Positions 37,592 through 45,132 of a stretch of 62,298 bases of DNA are shown here, piece by piece (the stretch's first letter is position 1; each line of letters starts with the position of its first letter). Source of the stretch: an uncultured Bacteroidales bacterium (GTDB lineage: Bacteria; Bacteroidota; Bacteroidia; Bacteroidales; FEN-979); the NCBI GenBank assembly GCA_903925275.1, contig CAIYES010000164.1, forward strand, positions 1 to 62,298, in the 5' to 3' direction. A program made the position numbers and the translations under genes. The notes below the pieces were generated by a model. It saw nothing but the letters and a program-made list of their open reading frames with translations, had not been told where the DNA came from and made no database searches.

Positions 37592-38059
37592 ATGAGCTTT
37601 AAACTTGATGGTTTAGATAAACGCATTCTTTCCTTTCTCATGAAAGATGCCCGGATTCCATTTCTTGAAATTGCCAGAAAGTGCAACGTTTCGGGAGCAG
37701 CCATCCATCAGCGGGTGAACCAGATGATTACCGGGAAGGTTGTCTCAGGCTCCCATTTCAATGTTGACCCGAAAGGATTGGGATATGGTACGTGTGCCTT
37801 TATCGGTTTGGTGATAAACCTGGTTTCGACCAGCACCCATGATGTGGTTTTCAAAAAAATCACCCAGATCCCGGAGATTGTAGAATGTCATCATGTTTCG
37901 GGCAAATATTCGTTGTTTGTAAAAATCTATGCGAAAGACAATGAACACTTGCGTAAGCTAATAACGGACAATATCCAGTCGATACCGGAAGTGACCACTA
38001 CAGAAACTTTTATATCCCTGGAAGTCGGGTTTCAGCGGCAGTTAGACGCTGGATTATAG
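37592..38059 (+). CDS. Lrp/AsnC family transcriptional regulator
   Basis: LDGLDKRILSFLMKDARIPFLEIARKCNVSGAAIHQRV (HTH) plus a C-terminal RAM/AsnC_trans_reg domain. Confidence 0.88.
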   Translation: MSFKLDGLDKRILSFLMKDARIPFLEIARKCNVSGAAIHQRVNQMITGKVVSGSHFNVDPKGLGYGTCAFIGLVINLVSTSTHDVVFKKITQIPEIVECHHVSGKYSLFVKIYAKDNEHLRKLITDNIQSIPEVTTTETFISLEVGFQRQLDAGL

Positions 38060-38064
38060 GAGCC

Positions 38065-38829
38065 TTATGTCCTCAGGTACGACGCGCCATTCATATCAAG
38101 AATGCAGCCGGTCATATACGCAGTGCCATCCGACGCCAGCATGAGTATAGCTTTGGCGATCTCTTCCGGTTGGGCCACCCGGTTCATTGGGCTTTGACTT
38201 TCAATTTTTTTTCGATTTTCAGGTACCAGGCAGGATGATGTCATATCGGTCTCCACGAATCCGGGGGCAATGGTGTATATATAGACATGATGCTTTGCCA
38301 GTGCTAAAGCCATGCTTTGTCCGAGAGCGTTCATTCCTGCTTTGCTTGCTCCATAAGCCCAGGCGTTGGGTTCACCGCGGAAAGCGCCACGGGAAGTAAC
38401 ATTTACAATCTTACCTCCGCCGTTTTTAATCATTTCACGGGCAACAAGGTTTGACAGCAAAGCAGGACCGGTGAGGTTCACCCTTATCGTTTGTTCCCAA
38501 TAATTCAGAAAGTCTTCGATGGAAATACCAGTCATATCTGATTCTTCAAAAATCCCGGCATTATTAACCAGGATATCGATACGACCATAAATTTTTATCA
38601 TTTCCGGTATTAATCGTTTCAAATCCGCCGGATTGGCCATATCTGCCTGGACCATCATGTGTTCTTTGCCGGGAAGTGAGGACAGTACATTTTCAGCAGC
38701 TTTTTGGTTCGTGTGATAATGAATGATGACGGTTGCCCCGCATTCAGCAAAAAGCAGTGCGGTGGCCTTTCCGATTCCTCGGGAGGCACCGGTTACCAGG
38801 ACAATTTTATTGTCAAAAGATATTTCCAT
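38065..38829 (-). CDS. SDR family oxidoreductase (FabG-like)
   Basis: TGASRGIGKA cofactor motif, NNAG, and catalytic YGASKAG. Confidence 0.88.
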   Translation of the reverse strand: MEISFDNKIVLVTGASRGIGKATALLFAECGATVIIHYHTNQKAAENVLSSLPGKEHMMVQADMANPADLKRLIPEMIKIYGRIDILVNNAGIFEESDMTGISIEDFLNYWEQTIRVNLTGPALLSNLVAREMIKNGGGKIVNVTSRGAFRGEPNAWAYGASKAGMNALGQSMALALAKHHVYIYTIAPGFVETDMTSSCLVPENRKKIESQSPMNRVAQPEEIAKAILMLASDGTAYMTGCILDMNGASYLRT

Positions 38830-38863
38830 GAATGTTTAAAGAATTATTACTGGAAATTTTTTC

Positions 38864-39463
38864 TTAAATGTACTTTTTCAAAATTGCCATAAGCTCCTCA
38901 TAATCCGTTACAACCGGAAATTCGGGATAATCGCTGATCACATTTTGCGGCGGTCTGAACAGGATGCCAACATCGGCCTGCTTGAGCATGCTGATATCGT
39001 TGTACGAGTCACCCATAGCGATCACCTGGTACTTCAATCCCTGCAGGGCTTCTACAGTTTTGCGCTTTGGATCTGGCTGCCGGAGTTTATAATCGATGAT
39101 CCGGTTTGTTTCATCCATCACGAGGGTATGGCAAAAGAGCGTAGGTCGGCCAAGTTGTTTCATGAGCGGATCGGCAAACTGGATAAATGTATCGGAAACA
39201 ACGATCAGTTGCGTACGTTCTTTAACCCAGTTTATGAATTCAATGGCACCCGGAAGCGGCCTGATTTGTTCGATCACATGCTGAATATCGTGCAATTTCA
39301 ATCCATGCTGATCGAGAATCTTCATGCGGCTGTGCATGAGCAGATTGTAATCGGGTTCATCGCGGGTTGTGCGGCGTAGTTCTACAATGCCTGTTTTGTC
39401 GGCCACATTGATCCACACTTCAGGTACGAATACACCTTCAAGATCTGAACAAAGTATATACAT
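38864..39463 (-). CDS. thrH: Phosphoserine phosphatase / homoserine phosphotransferase bifunctional protein ThrH-like (HAD)
   Basis: Near-colinear with my recollection of Pseudomonas ThrH: CSDLEGVFVPEVWINVADKTGI, SDTF, YKLRQPDPKR, GDSYNDISML. It sits directly downstream of thrC. Confidence 0.8.
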   Translation of the reverse strand: MYILCSDLEGVFVPEVWINVADKTGIVELRRTTRDEPDYNLLMHSRMKILDQHGLKLHDIQHVIEQIRPLPGAIEFINWVKERTQLIVVSDTFIQFADPLMKQLGRPTLFCHTLVMDETNRIIDYKLRQPDPKRKTVEALQGLKYQVIAMGDSYNDISMLKQADVGILFRPPQNVISDYPEFPVVTDYEELMAILKKYI

Positions 39464-39491
39464 GGTGATTTTTGTTAAAATTGATGAGAAT

Positions 39492-39619
39492 ACTTGAAGC
39501 TACTCCGAAAACTCTTTTTACCGCTAAGACGCTAAACTTATATGCTTGAATTTTAAATATTTGCGTCTTAGTGGCTTGGTGGTTAAATTTGTTTTTGACT
39601 TTTTGGAGCAGGCTCAATA
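39492..39619. repeat. ~127-bp imperfect palindromic intergenic element, copy A
   Basis: Terminal inverted repeat TTGAAGCTACTCCGAAAA / TTTTGGAGCAGGCTCAAT. Internal hairpin CTAAGACGC...GCGTCTTAG. Conserved blocks are shared with 44243-44370. Confidence 0.8.
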
Positions 39620-39645
39620 CGAATTATACATTTTGAGTGTTGCTT

Positions 39646-41022
39646 TTATAATTCTTTTAATAAATAATCTTTAAAATCCTGATAATTATTGGGCAAAGTT
39701 CCATAATTCTCAGGTTTATCATCGAGCCCTTCCAGGCTTTTGGGTAACGGAGGTATTATGCCAAGAAGTCGCTGGATCTCTTCAGAGAATTTTGCAGGAT
39801 GTGCCGTTTCAAGCGACACGCACAATTGGTCATCACGGTCGAGTGCGGGATTTGCTTTAAGGTATTCCATCAATCCGGCCCAACCTACTGCACCATGAGG
39901 TTCCAACACCAGTTTATAGGTTTGATATGCCTTGCAGATGGTATCTTTGGTCTGCTGATCTGAAATACTGACCGAAAAAAGCTCCTTCCGCAGCAATTCC
40001 ATATCTGCCGGCTGATGGATGATACCACGCTCATCCATCATGCCGCCATTGAGGGCGACCACCCTGGCCAGGTTGCTGGGGTGACCTACGTTCATGGCGC
40101 TGGAAATACAATTCCGTGAAGGCTCAATTTTATCATATTTCCCCGAATAAAGGAAGTTCGGAAATTCATCATTCCCGTTGGTTGCAATAACCAGTTTCCG
40201 AACCGGCAATCCCATCTTCATGGCAAGAATCCCGCCCATCATATCGCCGAAATTTCCTGATGGGACTGAAAATATGATTTTTTCAGGATGGTTGTCCATT
40301 CTCAGCATCGAGAATGCATAGAAATAATAGACAATCTGGGGAATCAAACGGCCAATGTTGATCGAGTTGGCTGATGATAAACCCAGGGTTTCAAGTTCAG
40401 GATCGGCAAATGCCTGTTTGACCAATGACTGGCAATCATCGAATTTGGCGTCCAGAGCCAGAACCCGGACGTTTTTACCCAATGTGGTCATCTGTTTTCG
40501 CTGCCTTTCGGTAACCTCCGCCCTCGGAAAAAGCACCACAAGTTCAATGTTATCCAATCCATAAAAGGCATTTGCCACCGCGCTTCCGGTATCGCCGGAA
40601 GTAGCAGTAAGAATAAGGAGTTTCTTATTTTCCTGCTTAAGGTAATACTGCATCAAACGGCCCATCATCCGGGCGGCAAAATCCTTGAATGAAGCAGTAG
40701 GTCCCTGGTCGAGGCGCATAACAAACTTTCGTGCGCAAACGTGCTGAATCGGGATTTCAAAGTCATAGGCATCTATAACGATCCGGCGCAACTCATCTTC
40801 CTCAATTTCACCGGCCAGGTAATGTCGTGCCACTTCGAATGCGATTTCATCATACCTTTTCCCTGTAAATCCCAAAATCGTTTCAACAGACAGTAACGGA
40901 ACAGATTCCGGCAAGTATAACCCTCTGTCAGGCGCCTGCCCTTTGAGCAATGCCTGACTGAAGGTAACTTTTTCTGAATTCAGATTGGTTGAGTAATAGC
41001 GCAATGAATGTTCCATAACCAT
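39646..41022 (-). CDS. thrC: Threonine synthase
   Basis: GPTASFKDFAARMMG (PLP Lys), ATSGDTGSAV and PSGNFGDMMGG motifs. The start could be 41022 or 41016. Confidence 0.92.
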   Translation of the reverse strand: MVMEHSLRYYSTNLNSEKVTFSQALLKGQAPDRGLYLPESVPLLSVETILGFTGKRYDEIAFEVARHYLAGEIEEDELRRIVIDAYDFEIPIQHVCARKFVMRLDQGPTASFKDFAARMMGRLMQYYLKQENKKLLILTATSGDTGSAVANAFYGLDNIELVVLFPRAEVTERQRKQMTTLGKNVRVLALDAKFDDCQSLVKQAFADPELETLGLSSANSINIGRLIPQIVYYFYAFSMLRMDNHPEKIIFSVPSGNFGDMMGGILAMKMGLPVRKLVIATNGNDEFPNFLYSGKYDKIEPSRNCISSAMNVGHPSNLARVVALNGGMMDERGIIHQPADMELLRKELFSVSISDQQTKDTICKAYQTYKLVLEPHGAVGWAGLMEYLKANPALDRDDQLCVSLETAHPAKFSEEIQRLLGIIPPLPKSLEGLDDKPENYGTLPNNYQDFKDYLLKEL

Positions 41023-41111
41023 TCAGGAATTAAGTAGTTGACGGCTTGTAAGAAAAACTACAAACTCTTAAAGATTTTATGAATCAGCACCACGAGGCAA
41101 CAATAAGTATG

Positions 41112-42347
41112 TTAATAAGCCTGCGGGAACTTGCCTGATATGAAATCTTCTTTCACTTTTACTTCACTGTCTATCTTGTCGAAAGCCTGTGCCATATCGC
41201 CGATCAGATCTTTTTCATCCTCGATGCCGATGGATAACCTTATCATTGAAGGTGTAATGCCGGCTTTGCGCATTTCAACCTCTCCCATGGCCGAATGCGT
41301 TGTGGAAGCCGGGTGTGTAACGATCGACTTGCAGGTTCCGAGATGGGTGGCATGCGTCAGGATCATCAAGGCATCGATAAACCTTGTTGCCTGTTCATAG
41401 GTCCCATTCAGTTCAAATGACATCAGCGAACCGCACCCTTTCATCTGAGGCATTATCATTTTATGGTACGGATTGGATTCAAGTCCGGGATAATTTACAA
41501 AATTCACCTTGGGATGTGCCTCCAGATAAGTTGCAATGGCCATTGCATTCTGACAATGCCGTTCCATTCGCAGCGACAAGGTTTCAAGGCCATTGATGCT
41601 GAGCCAGGCATTGAACGGCGCCATGGCCGGTCCAAGGTACCGTATCCCGTTTTGCCGGATTCCTTCAACGAGCGCCTTTGACCCACAAATGATACCTCCA
41701 AGGCTGGTTGCATTTCCGCAGATATATTTGGTAGTGGAGTGAACGATGATATCGGCTCCCAGCAGTATGGGTTGCTGTAAAGCAGGTGTAGCAATGGTGT
41801 TATCGACAACCAACGGCAGGTTCTTTGATTTCGCAAGGGCAGACAGGGCCCGAATATCGGCAATGAATAAGGAAGGATTGCTGGGACTCTCAACAAACAG
41901 GAACTTTGTTTTTGGGGTAATTGCAGCAGCCCAGGCATCGATTGATTCGGGGCTGGTTACCCAGTTGACTTTGGCCCCCATTTTTGGCAGACCTACATTA
42001 AACAGACCGAATGTTCCACCGTAAACACGGTTTGAAGAGACCACTTCATCGCCTGCTGAAAGCAGATGATGGGTCAGTAAAAAAATGGCCGACATGCCGG
42101 ATGCTGCAGCAATAGCACCTTCGGTGTTTTCCAGGGCAGCCATGCGGTTCTCAAACACCTGAACCGTCGGGTTATCCCATCGGCCATAAGTAAATCCGGG
42201 CTTTTCCCCGGTGAAAATGGCAGCGGCCTCCTGTGCATCGAGATAGGGATAGGCTACCGATTGATAAATGGGTACCGTCATAGAATCAGGTTGGAAATCT
42301 GACTTCCCGGCATGAATAGCTTTGGTATTAAATCCGCGGTTTGGCAT
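41112..42347 (-). CDS. O-acetylhomoserine/O-succinylhomoserine sulfhydrylase family PLP enzyme (MetY/MetZ-like)
   Basis: TKAIHAG, YGRWDNPT and HSTTKYICG (PLP Lys) motifs. It lies in a cluster with thrC. Confidence 0.8.
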   Translation of the reverse strand: MPNRGFNTKAIHAGKSDFQPDSMTVPIYQSVAYPYLDAQEAAAIFTGEKPGFTYGRWDNPTVQVFENRMAALENTEGAIAAASGMSAIFLLTHHLLSAGDEVVSSNRVYGGTFGLFNVGLPKMGAKVNWVTSPESIDAWAAAITPKTKFLFVESPSNPSLFIADIRALSALAKSKNLPLVVDNTIATPALQQPILLGADIIVHSTTKYICGNATSLGGIICGSKALVEGIRQNGIRYLGPAMAPFNAWLSINGLETLSLRMERHCQNAMAIATYLEAHPKVNFVNYPGLESNPYHKMIMPQMKGCGSLMSFELNGTYEQATRFIDALMILTHATHLGTCKSIVTHPASTTHSAMGEVEMRKAGITPSMIRLSIGIEDEKDLIGDMAQAFDKIDSEVKVKEDFISGKFPQAY

Positions 42348-42685
42348 AGGCTCCTCCTTTGATTTTTTTTGGGTTTACTTTTTTAAAAATGACAGATATT
42401 CTAAAATTAAACAAACATAAAAAATAAATCAATTGATACCTGACAGAAAACATGGCACATTCAATAATATTTTAATCAAAACACTGGTATTCGTAAATGC
42501 TTTTAGAAATCAGCAGGTTATTTAACAACCTGAGGCTTGTTCTTCCATGATCCTGCATTTTTTTTAACCAAATAGTCACAACCTGTCATATGGGCCAATG
42601 GAAAAAAGGGTTGCATAAAATTCAAATGAGTCGAAATTAATAATCATTACTGTACAAGGCAGGATTACAGCCCATGAGATTTTAG

Positions 42686-42693
42686 TATCTTTG
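42686..42693 (+). promoter_or_regulatory. -7 box TAtcTTTG for lpdA
   Basis: TAnnTTTG match 23 nt upstream of the ATG at 42716. Confidence 0.5.
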
Positions 42694-42715
42694 CGAATTC
42701 CAAAAATCAGAAAAA

Positions 42716-44104
42716 ATGAATTATGATATTATCGTGATAGGGAGTGGTCCGGGAGGATATGTTGCTGCAATCAGGGCAGCTCAGCTTGGAATGAAAGTCG
42801 GCGTGGTCGAACGTGCTGAATTGGGTGGAATTTGCCTGAATTGGGGTTGCATTCCAACAAAGGCATTGCTTAAGAGCGCCTCTGTATTTCAATATTTGCA
42901 GCATGCCGCTGAATATGGAATTTCGGCTGGGGAAGCCAAAGCCGATTTCCCGGCTATTATCAAGCGCAGCCGTGATGTTGCCGACCAGATGAGCAAGGGG
43001 ATCCAATTCCTTTTAAAGAAAAATAAGGTTGAACACATCCAGGGTTTCGGAAAAGTGAAACCCGGAAAAATAGTGGAGGTGACCGATAGTTCAGGGACAA
43101 CAACAGAATATCCGGCAAATCATATCATCATCGCTACCGGTGCACGTTCGCGGGAGCTTACAAACCTCCCACAGGATGGCAAAAAGATCATCGGTTACCG
43201 TGAGGCCATGACCCTGCCGGAACAACCCAAATCAATGGTGGTGGTCGGTTCAGGCGCTATTGGCTCCGAGTTTGCATGGTTTTATCACTCAATCGGCACT
43301 AAAGTAACACTTGTTGAAGTATTGCCGAATGTTGTTCCTGTGGAGGATGAAGAAGTTTCAAAAGTGTTGGAACGTTCGTTCAAAAAGGCCGGCATGAAAG
43401 TAATGACAGGCGTTTCGGTTGAATCGGTTGATACCAGCGGGGAAGGTTGTAGCGTTGTCATACAGACAAAAAAAGGTCAGGAGATCATTGCATGCGATGT
43501 CGTTTTATCGGCAGTGGGCATTGCCACAAACATCGAAGGGATCGGATTGGAAGATGTCGGGATTGTAACTGAACGCGGAAAAGTGGTTGTTGATGATTTT
43601 TATAAGACCAACGTTGATGGCTACTATGCCATTGGCGATATTGTACGCGGGCCAGCGCTCGCGCACGTTGCTTCACACGAGGGTATTTTATGTGTGGAGA
43701 AAATCGCCGGGAAACAGGTTGAACCACTTGATTATGGCAATATACCCGGATGTACTTACACGCATCCGGAGATTGCATCGGTTGGGATGACTGAAAAAGC
43801 TGCCAGAGAAGCCGGCTATGAAATACTGGTGGGAAAATTTCCGTTTACTGCATCGGGAAAAGCAACTGCCTCAGGGGCACGTGATGGGTTTATCAAAGTG
43901 GTTTTCGATGCAAAATATGGCGAATGGCTTGGCGCCCATATGATTGGCGACAATGTTACCGAGCTGATCGCCGAAGTGGTCGTGGCAAGGAAATTGGAAA
44001 CCACCGGCAAAGAGATCATCGAATCGGTTCACCCCCACCCGACTATGTCGGAAGCGATTATGGAGGCGGTGGCCCAGGCCTATGGGGAGTGCATTCACCT
44101 GTAG
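42716..44104 (+). CDS. lpdA: Dihydrolipoyl dehydrogenase
   Basis: GSGPGGYVAAIRAAQLG FAD motif, redox-active GGICLNWGCIPTK, a second GxGxxG, and C-terminal HPHPTMSE. Confidence 0.95.
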   Translation: MNYDIIVIGSGPGGYVAAIRAAQLGMKVGVVERAELGGICLNWGCIPTKALLKSASVFQYLQHAAEYGISAGEAKADFPAIIKRSRDVADQMSKGIQFLLKKNKVEHIQGFGKVKPGKIVEVTDSSGTTTEYPANHIIIATGARSRELTNLPQDGKKIIGYREAMTLPEQPKSMVVVGSGAIGSEFAWFYHSIGTKVTLVEVLPNVVPVEDEEVSKVLERSFKKAGMKVMTGVSVESVDTSGEGCSVVIQTKKGQEIIACDVVLSAVGIATNIEGIGLEDVGIVTERGKVVVDDFYKTNVDGYYAIGDIVRGPALAHVASHEGILCVEKIAGKQVEPLDYGNIPGCTYTHPEIASVGMTEKAAREAGYEILVGKFPFTASGKATASGARDGFIKVVFDAKYGEWLGAHMIGDNVTELIAEVVVARKLETTGKEIIESVHPHPTMSEAIMEAVAQAYGECIHL

Positions 44105-44212
44105 CAATGCAAGCAATGCAGACAATGCAAGCAATGCAGACAATTCAAGCAATGCAGACAATGCAGACAATGCAAGCAGTGCAGACAATGCAAGCAATGC
44201 AAGGAATGCAGA
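44105..44212. repeat. Tandem nonamer array, 12 units (CAATGCAAG / CAATGCAGA)
   Basis: Counted unit by unit. It starts at the first base after the lpdA TAG. Confidence 0.97.
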
Positions 44213-44242
44213 AAAAATGAAGTCAAAATAAAGAATATATAA

Positions 44243-44370
44243 CTGAGCCTACTTTGAAAACACTTTTTTACCGCGAAGGCACGAAGAGGTTGAAAATAAA
44301 ATATTGAATTTAAAATACTTGCGTAACGTCGCGGTTTAAATATGTTTTTAACTTCTCTGAGCAGGCTCAC
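44243..44370. repeat. ~127-bp imperfect palindromic intergenic element, copy B
   Basis: It shares with 39492-39619 the blocks GA(A/G)(G/C)CTACT..GAAAAC, CTTTTTACCGC, TTGAATTT(T)AAATA(T/C)TTGCGT, TTAAAT.TGTTTTT.ACT and GAGCAGGCTCA. It has its own internal stem, ACCGCGA...TCGCGGT. Confidence 0.8.
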
Positions 44371-44390
44371 AATTCAAGTTAACTGATATG

Positions 44391-44480
44391 TCTGCATTGT
44401 CTGCATTGCTTGCATTGTCTGCATTGTCTGCATTGTCTGCATTATCTGCATTGTCTGCATTGTTTGCATTGTTTGCATTA
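44391..44480. repeat. Tandem nonamer array, 10 units (TCTGCATTG / CTTGCATTG), reverse complement of the 44105-44212 array
   Basis: Counted unit by unit. It ends 13 nt before the rfbC ATG. Confidence 0.97.
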
Positions 44481-44493
44481 AAAATAAAAAGTT

Positions 44494-45036
44494 ATGGAAA
44501 TCATTCGCACACCCTTAGAGGGATTATTGATCATCAAGCCAGATGTGTTTGAGGATGAGCGCGGTTATTTTTTTGAATCGTTCAGCCATGAGAAATTCTT
44601 CAAAGTCGGACTTGATCTTACATTCGTTCAGGACAATGAATCGAGGTCGAAAAAAAATGTCCTTCGCGGTCTTCATTTCCAGGCTCCGCCATTTGCCCAG
44701 GGAAAATTAGTGCGGGTAATGCGAGGCTCGGTGCTGGATGTTGCTGTTGATATCCGGAATGGCTCCCCTACTTATGGCAAATGGGAGTCGATCGTACTTA
44801 CCGGGAAAAATAAATGGATGTATTGGATTCCTGCCGGATTCGCACATGGTTTTGCAACCCTGGAGGATGATACCATTTTTTTCTACAAATGTACCAACGT
44901 TTACAACAAAGCTTCGGAAGGCAGCATCAACCTGAATGATCCGGATCTGAACATTGACTGGGGAATAAAGGATCCGGTGATTTCCGAAAAAGATAAGGTT
45001 TCTCCTGTGTTCCAGGGGTTTGTAAGTCCTTTTTGA
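44494..45036 (+). CDS. rfbC: dTDP-4-dehydrorhamnose 3,5-epimerase
   Basis: DERGYFFESF, LRGLHFQ, QGKLVRV and AHGF motifs. 180 aa. Confidence 0.94.
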   Translation: MEIIRTPLEGLLIIKPDVFEDERGYFFESFSHEKFFKVGLDLTFVQDNESRSKKNVLRGLHFQAPPFAQGKLVRVMRGSVLDVAVDIRNGSPTYGKWESIVLTGKNKWMYWIPAGFAHGFATLEDDTIFFYKCTNVYNKASEGSINLNDPDLNIDWGIKDPVISEKDKVSPVFQGFVSPF

Positions 45037-45132
45037 TTTGGTAAACAGGTGAGGATGGACAGGCGGATTGATTTTTTAAAAATATACCGCCGTGGCTTTG
45101 TGACTTTGTAAATCATTGACTTATTGAAAAAT

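Noticed and set aside
42348-42715. SAM-I or SAM-II riboswitch upstream of the metY-like gene.
   Set aside because: I could not find the conserved SAM-I core (…GAGGGA…GGCCC…GCAACC…) or an AAAGCU-type SAM-II pseudoknot signature by eye on the minus strand. It is kept only as an unexplained long spacer in the findings.
43871-44370. ORFs across the nonamer arrays: 43924..44220 (+) MQAMQTMQ..., 44095..44370 (-) LHCLHCLHC..., 43871..44197 (-) LSALLALSA...
   Set aside because: A 9-bp repeat is open in every frame, so these ORFs arise automatically. They overlap the well-supported lpdA 3' end and have no start context or non-repeat domain.
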